Notes: generated by a model not told the origin, from the sequence alone. A DNA stretch of 64,000 nt from an uncultured Acidobacteriaceae bacterium (GCA_963751155.1 CAVVTL010000021.1:94713-158712), one strand, 5' to 3'. Numbered from the stretch's first letter, positions 21,068 through 30,801 are shown. Numbers and translations are program-made.

Positions 21068-23473
21068 TTGATCGGCTTTCTCGTGCTCGTCGTCGCGGCC
21101 TTCCTTGTCCTCGCCCTGGCATCGTATTCCCCGCTGGATAGCTCGCTGAACACGGCGGCTACTCCGCTTGCGACCCGCGCCACTCACAATTGGGTCGGCA
21201 TGATAGGGGCAACCACCAGCGACTTGCTGCTCCAGTTGTTGGGCGTGGCTGCATTTCTCGTACCGGTCTACTTGCTGATTTTCTCGGTCCGTTGGTTCCG
21301 GTCCCGGACGATCAATTCTCCTTACGTTAAGACCGTCGGGGCGCTTGGACTGCTGGTGTCGGCTGCAGCTCTGATCGGCCTTCTACCGTGGAGTTTCCGC
21401 TGGAAAGGCGCAATCCCTGCCGAAGGCCTTTTGGGCAGGATTGTCGCCGACAGCATGATCCACTACCTCAACATCGTAGGCGCTTACTTGGTCTGCCTCG
21501 CGATGATTGCGGTGGCGCTGTATCTCTCCACTGCCTTCTCGTTCGGGGCCTTGCAGGTGTGGTCACAAACCCGGTTTTCGTTCGCCTATGCAGCGCTCGA
21601 CCGCTTCTCTGACTGGCGGGTAGAGCGCCAGCGTAAGAAGGCCGCCAAGGAACTGGAAAAAAAGCGGACCGCCGCCAGCGCCAAGCCTGTGGTAACAGCG
21701 CAGTTGGTCCCGCGTCGCAGCGACAGCCCTGCGGAGCCCGTTGCCGGAGTTGGGGTTGCGCCGCCGTTGCCCAGCGATTCCGTGACCGCTGCTCATGGGA
21801 GCGTGCGCAGCGGCATCGAGCGAATGTTCGAAGCCGAGCTGGGACAGCATGCTGCCCCCGGACCGACGCCCGTGCCGAAACGAGAAATCGCCGAAGAGCC
21901 CGACCTGCCTGCGCTGGAAACGCCAGCGGCAGGACCAATCGCGGTCACTTCACGCGCGGACGACAAGCGCCAAGGCAAGACTACGATGCCGAAGCTGGCA
22001 GGCAGTTACAAGTTGCCGTCTACTGCCTTGCTTCGCCGTCCCGACGAACACAGCACCATCGACGAAGATGAGCTGAAGATAACCGCCCAGGTGCTGCAGG
22101 AGAAATACGCGGAGTTTGACGTTCGCGGACAGGTCACACAAATCAATCCCGGGCCGGTGGTCACGACGTTTGAGTTCAAGCCGGAGGCCGGCATCAAGTA
22201 CAGCCGGGTCACGGGCCTGAGCGACGACTTGTGCCTTGCCCTGCGTGCCGAGAGCATCCTGATTGAACGCATGGCCGGAAAATCCACAGTCGGCCTGCAG
22301 GTCCCCAATCGCGAGCGCGAGACCATCTGGTTGCGCGAAGTGGTGGAGTCGCAGGAGTTTCTGGGAGGCAAGTCGAAGCTCACGCTGGCGCTGGGCAAAG
22401 ACATTAATGGCCGCATCGTCACCGCCGACCTCAACAGCATGCCGCACCTGCTGATTGCGGGCTCTACAGGATCGGGCAAGAGTGTTGCCATCAATGCGTT
22501 CATCATGTCGGTCCTGTTTAAGGCAACACCGGACGAAGTGCGCCTGATCCTGGTCGATCCCAAACGGCTTGAGCTGGGCAACTACGAGGGCGTGCCGCAC
22601 CTGCATACCCCGATCATCACCGAACCCAAGCTGGCATCGAACGCCCTGCGTAATGCGGTACGCGAGATGGAACGGCGATTGAAAGTATTGGCCGAAAAAG
22701 GCGTGCGCAATATCGACCAGTACAACAAGCTGTTCGACGGCGGCACTCCGAACCTGTTCGACGACGGCAGCGAAGCCAAGCCTCTTCCCTATATCGTCAT
22801 CATCATCGACGAACTCGCTGACCTGATGATGCTCGATGGTCAGAACGTTGAGGCCTCCATCACCCGCCTCGCGCAGATGGCTCGTGCGGTGGGCATTCAT
22901 CTTGTCCTGGCAACGCAGCGTCCGTCGGTTGACGTCATCACCGGACTGATCAAGGCGAACTTCCCGGCCCGCATGTCGTTCCGGGTCGCAACCAAAATCG
23001 ACTCGCGCACCATCCTTGACGCCAACGGAGCCGAAGCGCTTCTCGGCCGCGGCGATATGCTCTATCTTCCCAACGGCTCAGCGCGGGTACATCGGGTTCA
23101 TGCCCCGTTCGTGACTGAAAAAGAGATCGCGTCGGTTGTCGAGTTCTGGAAGGCGCAGGGCGCTGCTCAGTACCAGGAGAATTTCCTGCAGCCGCCGAAA
23201 GAGGACGGCGACAGCGCCGGCGGTGCTGACGGCAGCTCGGGCGATAACGAAAACGACGAACTCTTCCAGGATGCCGTCCGAATCGTGCTGGAGTACGGCA
23301 AGGCCTCTACTTCCCTGCTACAACGGCGGTTGCGCATCGGATACGGGCGCGCCGCTCACCTCATCGACCTGATGGAGCGGGATGGCATCGTTGGCGCCGC
23401 TGACGGGCCGAAACCGCGAGAAGTTCTGAAGCGTCCCGACTGGCTCAGCGAAGTAGAGGACGCAATCCGGTAG
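21068..23473 (+). CDS. ftsK: DNA translocase FtsK. The N-terminus is possibly truncated by a frameshift (candidate ATG at 21013 in another frame)
   Basis: N-terminal TM segments, a Pro/Ala-rich linker, Walker A GSTGSGKS, and a gamma wHTH domain (LLQRRLRIGYGRAAHLIDLMERDGIV). Confidence 0.93.
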   Translation: MIGFLVLVVAAFLVLALASYSPLDSSLNTAATPLATRATHNWVGMIGATTSDLLLQLLGVAAFLVPVYLLIFSVRWFRSRTINSPYVKTVGALGLLVSAAALIGLLPWSFRWKGAIPAEGLLGRIVADSMIHYLNIVGAYLVCLAMIAVALYLSTAFSFGALQVWSQTRFSFAYAALDRFSDWRVERQRKKAAKELEKKRTAASAKPVVTAQLVPRRSDSPAEPVAGVGVAPPLPSDSVTAAHGSVRSGIERMFEAELGQHAAPGPTPVPKREIAEEPDLPALETPAAGPIAVTSRADDKRQGKTTMPKLAGSYKLPSTALLRRPDEHSTIDEDELKITAQVLQEKYAEFDVRGQVTQINPGPVVTTFEFKPEAGIKYSRVTGLSDDLCLALRAESILIERMAGKSTVGLQVPNRERETIWLREVVESQEFLGGKSKLTLALGKDINGRIVTADLNSMPHLLIAGSTGSGKSVAINAFIMSVLFKATPDEVRLILVDPKRLELGNYEGVPHLHTPIITEPKLASNALRNAVREMERRLKVLAEKGVRNIDQYNKLFDGGTPNLFDDGSEAKPLPYIVIIIDELADLMMLDGQNVEASITRLAQMARAVGIHLVLATQRPSVDVITGLIKANFPARMSFRVATKIDSRTILDANGAEALLGRGDMLYLPNGSARVHRVHAPFVTEKEIASVVEFWKAQGAAQYQENFLQPPKEDGDSAGGADGSSGDNENDELFQDAVRIVLEYGKASTSLLQRRLRIGYGRAAHLIDLMERDGIVGAADGPKPREVLKRPDWLSEVEDAIR

Positions 23474-23541
23474 AAGCGTTCCGAGTCCCAGCGCACGGCT
23501 CGTAGCCGCAGTTTCGAAGCATCCTAAAGCAGCTCGTGGTA

Positions 23542-23914
23542 CCCCCCTTTGCCCATCTTGAAAACAAAGGGTTTACTGCGCGATACGACGCAAAGTCTTA
23601 GCAATAAAAGGTTTATAGGTAAAGTATTGCAAACACAGCAGTTAGATACACATTTTAGAGTTTTGGGCACTGAAACTCGGCTATTTTCGACGCGATTCCG
23701 CGTAACCTACTGTAAACAATTGTTTTACATGTAAAGTCTTAGAAACAAATGGTTTATATGTACAGTCTTGTTATCAAGGAACTTAGCTGGCAGGTCACTC
23801 CACTCGGGGGAGGAGCCTCGCCTAGGCGTCTGTGGGGCCAGCCTGAATCAGAAATACAGCTGGGTGTGTGGCAGAAGCAAGGGAAATCGGCAGGCGTATG
23901 TGACGAAAGTAACC
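23542..23914. repeat. Copy A of a conserved non-coding element (29-nt AT-rich unit array plus GC-rich 3' module)
   Basis: Aligns end to end with 61264-61602 in the same orientation. Exact 29-nt units lie at 23590-23618, 23619-23647, 23702-23730, 23731-23759 and 23760-23788. Confidence 0.85.
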
Positions 23915-24500
23915 GCCAGCGAATTGCTTCAGCATTCTCGACTGGTGCACGTCGGGTAAGACGCCGCCGCTGGTGGACTTCAATATCCTCGACGGCACTA
24001 CGTGGATTGAATTAGCTGGCGACTGTTGGCAGCCTGGGAACACTTACTGGTGGGCTTCAAAGATGTGCCGGAAGCGGGCAGGACAGCCGCACTATAGCTG
24101 TTCGTCAGTGGGAGGTATGTGGCCTGCGACGGACGCCTTGCGCGGCGTTTGCACTCCAAAGGCTGGAAACTAGAAGCGTGTTTTGATCTTCGCCAGAATC
24201 CAGGAGACCGCCAACGCTACTAAGGCTCTCCAGAGCCAATAACCGAGCGGGATGAAGACCTGCTTTTGCCCGTCCGTGCGCAAAATTCTAGTATGAAGGA
24301 GGTGGCCGTACCGTATCACGACGTTTCTGAGGTTCCAGCCCACCTGCCAGCCGAGCGCAATAAGCCGGTGCCGCGGTTCGCGCCCCGCTTTTGGGCGCTA
24401 AGCTGGGAGGAGGCGGATGCAATTGCGATCAACGCACATTCCCCGATATCAGAGAAGTGCGATCCACCGACGACTGGTAGCTGAAAGCTGACGGCTGCCG

Positions 24501-26189
24501 TTAGAACGTAAACGCCAAGCCGCCACGCACGCTGCGCGCTGATTGCACCAAGTACACCGTATTCCCGTCGGGTCCAATCACCGGAACATAACCCTGCGCC
24601 AGCAGATTGCGCAGGTCAATCAGCGCCTCCATGCGGCCGGGCACCAGACGCATCCGAGGTATTGGCTGGCGTATGAACAGGTTGAAGAAGGGATCTGTTT
24701 GTCCCGCGGAAGCATTGAACATGTCGACAGGAGTCAGGGCGCTGCCGCTGGTCCAACGATACGATACGATCCATTCCGTATTCCAGCGGGGAATCACGCC
24801 AGACAATTTCACGGCAGCAGAGTGGCGCCAGGCCGGGTGCATGTCGGACCGTATCGCGTCCCACCCAATACCCGGATGCTCCAGATCGAGCACGCCGCCG
24901 TAGGCATAGTCCACGGCCCCCGAGATGGTATCGCTGAGCTTGCGTTGATAGACGAACCGGACGCCCTGGGTCTCCAACTCGTTGCCGTTGTAATTGAATG
25001 TGCCCGAATAAATATCAGGCAAAGCGTCGCCGGTATCGACACCGATCTCCCCGACGCCCAGCAGCGCCGGATCTTTCACGCGGTCGCGGAAATAGGCGAC
25101 CTGGAAGCGATTGTCTCCGACCATTTGCGACACTGACAACTCGTGGTGGTGGGCATTTTCCAGCAGCGGAGTGCCGCCGACCAGTGTCATGCGCGGCTCG
25201 GCTTCACCCAAATCGGCGGCCGACGACTCAAACGACTTGGAGACCCCCGTGGTGGGCTCGCTGGTCGCGTAACGGTATTCGATGACGGTGCTGTCGCCGA
25301 CATGCCAGTCAGCAATCGCATAGGGACGAAACGCATTGGCCCGGCCCATGAATTGAATGGTCTGCATCTCGCCGCCATACTGCAACTCGAGAAAGTCCCC
25401 GACCTGCATGGTATTGGCTGACGTGAGCGCGAAGGCTTGGAGTGATCCGCGGTGAACCAGCAAATCGGGTCCGGCAAACCGCCTCACAATAAACGCCAAC
25501 TGGTGGGGTGAGTTGTTGGCGCCACTGGTCTGGAAGCTAGCCCGCAGGACGCCGTCGGGAGTTCCCGTCCCGTAGCCCAGGCTGCCGTCGAAGGCAAACG
25601 TACCCCAACTGAACTGCGATGGTTCCACGGTAAACACCGTTCCCATGTCGGAAGCGCTTCCGTAGCCCTCGTTGGAGCCTCCGGCCATAAACGCCAGCGA
25701 GCCTTTCAGCACGTGGTCTTGCTGACTGGCTTCGACAACAATCGGAATGCCTTCGTCGAAGCGAAGAATAGGCCGGTTGGCAGTGGAACGGAGGGTCCAT
25801 TTCCAACTGTCGTCCTCGGCGTTGCCGCTCTTCCGTGGCGGCATCAAGCGGACCGCTTCGAACAGCGTATTCAGGGTAATGTTGACGACTTTGGCCGCAC
25901 CCGCTGCCAGGGTTACATCTTCGCGCACCGAAGGAAGAAAGGAAGGCGCCGATACGCGGATATCGTAGTTTCCCGGGGTCAACCCGTTGATCGTGAAATG
26001 CCCGACTGCATCGGTGTACGCCAGAATGCGTTGTCCGGTACCGACCGCGAGCATCTCCACGGAAGCGCCCATTTGCGCGATCCCCGCGGAATCCGTCACT
26101 GAACCGGAAATTGAGCCGGGTGTCACTTCCGCCGTTGCGCTGAAGCACAAGGCCGCCACTACGATCATCCATCCCAGTATTCGGGTCAT
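24501..26189 (-). CDS. Outer-membrane beta-barrel-like protein with an N-terminal carboxypeptidase-regulatory-like domain
   Basis: Signal peptide, then GSISGSVTDSAGIAQMGASVEM...TDAVGHFTINGLTPGNYDIRVSAPSF, and a C-terminal ...GGLAFTF (terminal Phe). Start is ATG 26189. Confidence 0.75.
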   Translation of the reverse strand: MTRILGWMIVVAALCFSATAEVTPGSISGSVTDSAGIAQMGASVEMLAVGTGQRILAYTDAVGHFTINGLTPGNYDIRVSAPSFLPSVREDVTLAAGAAKVVNITLNTLFEAVRLMPPRKSGNAEDDSWKWTLRSTANRPILRFDEGIPIVVEASQQDHVLKGSLAFMAGGSNEGYGSASDMGTVFTVEPSQFSWGTFAFDGSLGYGTGTPDGVLRASFQTSGANNSPHQLAFIVRRFAGPDLLVHRGSLQAFALTSANTMQVGDFLELQYGGEMQTIQFMGRANAFRPYAIADWHVGDSTVIEYRYATSEPTTGVSKSFESSAADLGEAEPRMTLVGGTPLLENAHHHELSVSQMVGDNRFQVAYFRDRVKDPALLGVGEIGVDTGDALPDIYSGTFNYNGNELETQGVRFVYQRKLSDTISGAVDYAYGGVLDLEHPGIGWDAIRSDMHPAWRHSAAVKLSGVIPRWNTEWIVSYRWTSGSALTPVDMFNASAGQTDPFFNLFIRQPIPRMRLVPGRMEALIDLRNLLAQGYVPVIGPDGNTVYLVQSARSVRGGLAFTF

Positions 26190-26267
26190 TACCACGCTCC
26201 CAAACAAAGGATCCCTGAGAACCAACCGAGTTGCTGTCCACCAGTGCCGGCTCCTGCTTTCATCCGG

Positions 26268-28115
26268 CTACTCCACCGAAAAACGTACCGAGGGCGTAAT
26301 TTGCTGCTTGGAGACGTTGTCGTCAACCTTCACCGTCAGCCGATAAATTCCGGGCTCAAAGTTCGCGAGGGCCAGGCTCTTCTCCAGCGTCATTTGATCG
26401 CCCAGGTTGCCCATCGTGTCGGTCGACTCCGAGGTATGCAGCACGGGTTGATTGGTGGCGATGTTGACGATGTCGTATTCCACCTGCGCTGACGGCCGTT
26501 TCGTTTTGTCGTCTGACTGCAGATTATAAACTTGCATCCAAAGGTTCATGCGCTGATCGCGCTTGAACGTTACCGGCTTTCCATCGGCCGGTTCCAGGTG
26601 CGGGTACGCGAACTTGGTTTGGCCGATGACAAAGTTTCCGGCTCCGATACTCTTCGCCGGCACTTTCTCCATGTGATCCGCCAGAATCATGGACGAAGAG
26701 GCCAGCTTGTCCTCGTTGTAATCAGGTACTACTACGCCGTGGCTCCAGGTGCCGACGCGATCCCCGTTGATGTCCTTCAACACGATGTCAAAGCGATAGC
26801 GACCTGGCCGTAGAGGCAGGGCCTTCCAGTAGAGCGACGAGTGCTGCTGCGTTTTCTCGAGCAGGTCGTTGGGCACGTCGACCTGAACGGTATCTTCAAA
26901 CGTCTGCGCGATCTTGCCGGTCAGCCCGGTCACGCGTCCAAAAATATTCACCGTGCCGCGCTGGATGCCGTCTTTGTTGATGAACGTGATGTCCTTGTTC
27001 TTTACCTGAATCGTCACGGGGACCAGGACCGTGTCTCCGGTCACACGGACGAAGTCCGTGCGGATGTCAAACGGCATCAGGTTCACGTTGATCTTGTGGC
27101 TGACAACCTCTTCCAGGTCCTTGAACTTCACCTTAGGCGCCTGATTGAGCAGAGCCCATTGCTCCAGCTTGTCAAATTGCTTGGTCGAGTCCTGGCCTGA
27201 CATCGGACCTGCGGTAGAACTGGTGATGCCCGCAACGCGGTCCGCTTTGTTGGCCAGGCCCATCTCCTCATACTGGGTCAAGCCCGCGCCCGGCACATGA
27301 AGCATCGCGTCCTTCTCGTTCGGGTCAATCGTCATGTGATAGTCGCCGCACATGCAGGTGTCGACGAATTCAATCATGACTTCCTGGCTATGGGAGCCGA
27401 GGCCCTCGATGTAGCGGTAGCGCCAGGTTTCAAACGGGTAGGTTGAGGTTTCTCCGCCTCCCTCTTCCATTGGGCGGTTATACGTGCCGCCTGAGGGATG
27501 AGCTTCAATTTCGTCGGGGGGACCGAAAACAATGTAGGTGCGCCCGCGGTCCGTCATCCAGCCGGGCTTGCCGGCGGGAAAATGCTCGTTCGCGTAAGCG
27601 ATGCGTCGATAGTGCTCTTCCTTGTACTCATTCTCCGGAGTGTCGGGAGTGGGATCGCGCCTCAGCCAGAACTGCTCGATGAACTGGTCGCGCTCTTCGT
27701 CGTTCGAGAGCTGCTTGAAGGCAGATAGCTCTTCGGGGGTGATGATCCAGCGGACGTCCTGGTTCAGCCACTTCTTGTAAGTCGAGCCCAACTCCTGCTT
27801 GAGCGCCTTGGCATTGGCCTTTTTCTGCTTTTCTGACAAGGGCCGTTTCAACGGGTCAGCTTGCGAATCTGGCGGGGGCGCAGCCGTATTGGACGTGGCC
27901 TGCGAAGCAGTTGCAGACGGCACGGTCGTCGCGGAGGTATCGGCCGGAGCAGTTGCCGCCGGCTTGGCAGCATCCGTGGGAGACGACGAAACAGTTGCAG
28001 CCGCTTTGGCCGTATCAGCAGCGGGATCAGCAGCCGTCTGGCCTTGCGACAATCCGGCCAGGGCAAAAACCATTACGCTCAACGCAATTAAGGGGCGGGA
28101 AACACTGAACTTCAT
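26268..28115 (-). CDS. GWxTD domain-containing secreted protein
   Basis: Signal peptide MKFSVSRPLIALSVMVFALAGLSQG, an Ala/Thr/Pro-rich linker, and the motif FWLRRDPTPDTPENEYKEEHYRRIAYANEHF...GWMTDRGRTYIVFGPPDE. Confidence 0.8.
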   Translation of the reverse strand: MKFSVSRPLIALSVMVFALAGLSQGQTAADPAADTAKAAATVSSSPTDAAKPAATAPADTSATTVPSATASQATSNTAAPPPDSQADPLKRPLSEKQKKANAKALKQELGSTYKKWLNQDVRWIITPEELSAFKQLSNDEERDQFIEQFWLRRDPTPDTPENEYKEEHYRRIAYANEHFPAGKPGWMTDRGRTYIVFGPPDEIEAHPSGGTYNRPMEEGGGETSTYPFETWRYRYIEGLGSHSQEVMIEFVDTCMCGDYHMTIDPNEKDAMLHVPGAGLTQYEEMGLANKADRVAGITSSTAGPMSGQDSTKQFDKLEQWALLNQAPKVKFKDLEEVVSHKINVNLMPFDIRTDFVRVTGDTVLVPVTIQVKNKDITFINKDGIQRGTVNIFGRVTGLTGKIAQTFEDTVQVDVPNDLLEKTQQHSSLYWKALPLRPGRYRFDIVLKDINGDRVGTWSHGVVVPDYNEDKLASSSMILADHMEKVPAKSIGAGNFVIGQTKFAYPHLEPADGKPVTFKRDQRMNLWMQVYNLQSDDKTKRPSAQVEYDIVNIATNQPVLHTSESTDTMGNLGDQMTLEKSLALANFEPGIYRLTVKVDDNVSKQQITPSVRFSVE

Positions 28116-28555
28116 GGAGACGAAACAACTCCTGACGAAACACTTCCGACCATTAAATTGTATGTTCTGCAGTCGGTTAAAGCAAGATTGCATGCCGCCC
28201 TCCGCACCAGCAAACACCACCCCGCCCGATAGTCATCTCAACCCGCGCAGGGTGAAAAAGTCGCAGACGAAGCGATGGAAGGTTTCGGCTCGCCGCCACA
28301 GGCGAAATCATGTGCAAGAACCTGCAGCAATATCGATTCTGACGGGAGTAGCGGCTATAATTGGGAGGTTCGGGGTGTCCGGAATGCGGCAATCTTCGAG
28401 GCCGTATAGCAGGCGTCCCGAGCGGTTCGCGGCAATCGAGCCAACCCCCTATCCACGACGGTGACCCAGGAACCTTTCCCCAGCGTGGTTCGTAGCACGT
28501 GCATGAGATTCAGGCGAAGATCATAAGTTCGGCACTCTCCAATGACCGAGGATCG

Positions 28556-29935
28556 ATGACAAACGGGAAGAAAATTGCAGTCATAGCGATAGGAGTCGTG
28601 GCGCTCGCGGCGGTTGTGGCCTTTACGGCGCAACAAAGCCGCAAGGGCGTCGTAACCGTGCAGTCGGGCAAAGCGGTTCGCGAGGACCTCGCCGCAGTGG
28701 TCACCGCCTCGGGTGAAATTAAGCCCAAGATTTACGTCAACATTGGGGCCAACGCCTTCGGCAAGATCACCCATCTCTATGTGAAAGAAGGGGATCGCGT
28801 CAAGCAAGGTCAGATGCTGGCGACCTTAGAAAACGTGCAGTCGTCGGCCGACGTTTCCGCCAATCAAGCTGCCTTGAACGCGGCGCAGACCGATTTTGTG
28901 GCGGCCCAAGCGGCGGTGAATACGGCGATGGCCGATCAGCGTCAAGCCGAAGCGGAGTACGACCGCGCCAAGCTCGACTTTGACCGCTCAGATGCCCTGT
29001 ACAAAGCTCAATTGATCGCAAAATCTGACTACGATACGAAAACGGCGGCCTATGGAACGGCCACCGCGCAGGTCGGACAGGCCAAAGCCAAGTTGGCCCA
29101 AGCCAAAGCCCAAATGGACTCGGCCCAGCGAAGAATTTCGCAGAACCAGGCGAACCTGACCCGCGTGAAAGATGTCCTGAGCAAGACCGAGTACCAGGCG
29201 CCGTTTGACGGAGTCATCACTAACTTGCCGGTGCGCGAGGGCGAGACCGTGGTCATCGGCATCCAAAACGCTCCCGGCAGCACGCTGATGACGCTTGCCG
29301 ACGTCTCCGTAATTACCGCTGAGGTTAAGGTTGACGAAACCGACATCGTCAACGTCAAACTGGGGCAACCCGCGGAAGTCTCGATCGACGCGATACCCAA
29401 ACAGCGTTTCAAGGGAATCGTCACGGAAATCGGCAACAACGCGATGTTGCGCTCGACCGGAGTCTCCACCGCCCAATCGACGTCCAGCAGTCAGGAGGCC
29501 AAGGACTTCAAGGTTGTCGTCACCATCCAGGACCCACCGCCGAACCTGCTTCCGGGGTTGTCGACAACCGCTCGAATCACCACGGCTTCGAAGACCAACA
29601 CGCTGGCCATCCCGATTCAAGCCCTCACGATCCGCCAGCGCAGTGAGTTAGCGCCGGAAAAGAAGTCAAAAGAGGCGGAATTGCAGGCGGCGTCTCTGAC
29701 CAAAGGAAACCCCAAGGAAGAGTTACAAGGGGTGTTCGTTTTGAAGAACAAAAAAGATGCCGTTTTCGTACCAGTTACCACGGGCATCAGTGGAACCACC
29801 GACATTGAAGTGACCAGCGGTCTGAACGAAGGCGAAGAAATTGTGACCGGCAGTTACAAAGTGCTCCGGACTCTGAGAAACGGGGCCAACGTGAAGGTCG
29901 ATAACACGACTGGAACCAAGAAGGAAGAGTCCTAG
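28556..29935 (+). CDS. Efflux periplasmic adaptor (HlyD/MacA-like membrane fusion protein)
   Basis: N-terminal TM segment, a lipoyl-like VKEGDRVKQGQMLATLE, and a long coiled coil. It lies directly upstream of a MacB/LolD-type ATPase. Confidence 0.85.
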   Translation: MTNGKKIAVIAIGVVALAAVVAFTAQQSRKGVVTVQSGKAVREDLAAVVTASGEIKPKIYVNIGANAFGKITHLYVKEGDRVKQGQMLATLENVQSSADVSANQAALNAAQTDFVAAQAAVNTAMADQRQAEAEYDRAKLDFDRSDALYKAQLIAKSDYDTKTAAYGTATAQVGQAKAKLAQAKAQMDSAQRRISQNQANLTRVKDVLSKTEYQAPFDGVITNLPVREGETVVIGIQNAPGSTLMTLADVSVITAEVKVDETDIVNVKLGQPAEVSIDAIPKQRFKGIVTEIGNNAMLRSTGVSTAQSTSSSQEAKDFKVVVTIQDPPPNLLPGLSTTARITTASKTNTLAIPIQALTIRQRSELAPEKKSKEAELQAASLTKGNPKEELQGVFVLKNKKDAVFVPVTTGISGTTDIEVTSGLNEGEEIVTGSYKVLRTLRNGANVKVDNTTGTKKEES

Positions 29936-29983
29936 GTCGAGTCACGTCGAATCTGAGACAGCGACGCACCGGAGGCCCCGCTG

Positions 29984-30772
29984 ATGAGCGACCGCGAACA
30001 GGAAACGAGCGAGGAGAACAAGAGGATGGCTACCGATTTAATCAGCCTGACCGAACCCGTGACGGCTGCGCCACCGGAGTCGTGCATCATCTGCACCGAA
30101 GACCTGTGGAAGACCTACGACATGGGCTCCGAGCAACAGGTCCACGCGCTGCGCGGGGTCAACGTCCGCATCGAGCGCAACGAGTACGTGGCCATCATGG
30201 GTCCATCCGGATCCGGCAAGTCCACGTTGATGAACTTGATCGGCTGCCTCGATACCCCCAGCCAGGGCAAGTACTGGCTGAATAGCCAGCTGGTCAGCGA
30301 GTTGGATGATGACGAACTAGCCAGAATCCGCAACAAGGAAATCGGCTTCGTCTTCCAGACTTTCAATTTGCTAGCGCGCGCTACCTCGCTGCATAACGTC
30401 GAGCTGCCGCTGATTTACGCCGGCATGCCTGCGCAGCAACGCCTCGAACGCGCAAAGGAAGCTCTGACCTCGGTGGGGATGGAATCGCGCATGAACCACA
30501 AACCGAACGAACTCTCAGGCGGCCAGCGCCAAAGAGTCGCCATCGCCCGCGCCCTAGTGAATACACCCTCCATCATCCTGGCCGACGAGCCCACCGGAAA
30601 CCTCGACTCTCAAACCGGCGTCGAAATCATGGCACTGTTTGATCGCTTGCATGAACAGGGCAACACCATCGTCCTGGTGACGCACGAACACGACATCGCT
30701 GAATACGCTCACCGCATTATCCACATCAAGGACGGCAAAGTATTCAGCGACCAGAAGACCGGGAGAGCCTAG
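29984..30772 (+). CDS. ABC transporter ATP-binding protein (MacB/LolD-type)
   Basis: Walker [10 protein letters not shown], signature LSGGQRQR and Walker B ILADEPT. Confidence 0.92.
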   Translation: MSDREQETSEENKRMATDLISLTEPVTAAPPESCIICTEDLWKTYDMGSEQQVHALRGVNVRIERNEYVAIMGPSGSGKSTLMNLIGCLDTPSQGKYWLNSQLVSELDDDELARIRNKEIGFVFQTFNLLARATSLHNVELPLIYAGMPAQQRLERAKEALTSVGMESRMNHKPNELSGGQRQRVAIARALVNTPSIILADEPTGNLDSQTGVEIMALFDRLHEQGNTIVLVTHEHDIAEYAHRIIHIKDGKVFSDQKTGRA

Positions 30773-30801
30773 ACAACAGTAGCGCTCTTATCGCAATTGC
30801 C

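Noticed and set aside
20593-21183. 196-aa minus-strand ORF in the uppP-ftsK spacer
   Set aside because: It has weak GC3 bias compared with real genes here, its 5' part overlaps the ftsK start region, and no motifs were recognised. It is kept only as context in the spacer finding.
23664-23682. Sigma54-like promoter (TGGGCAC...CGGCT), with its counterpart TGGCGCC...TGGCT at 61386-61403 in the element core
   Set aside because: The GG-to-GC spacing is about 2 nt longer than the canonical TGGCAC-N5-TTGC, and the -12 element is poor. The resemblance is probably coincidental.
23590-23788. The 29-nt repeats considered as a CRISPR array
   Set aside because: The units are contiguous with no spacers, are degenerate and number only 4-5 per locus. 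No cas genes are nearby.
24170-24343. Small minus-strand ORF ending ...FIPLGYWLWRALVALAVSWILAKIKTRF (37-57 aa depending on a TTG or GTG start), and the overlapping plus-strand ORF 24292..24484 (MKEVAVPYHDV..., 63 aa)
   Set aside because: Neither has a Shine-Dalgarno sequence, they overlap each other, and there is no conservation evidence available. The hydrophobic helix could arise by chance. They might deserve a ribosome-profiling or tBLASTN check, but I cannot support them as genes.
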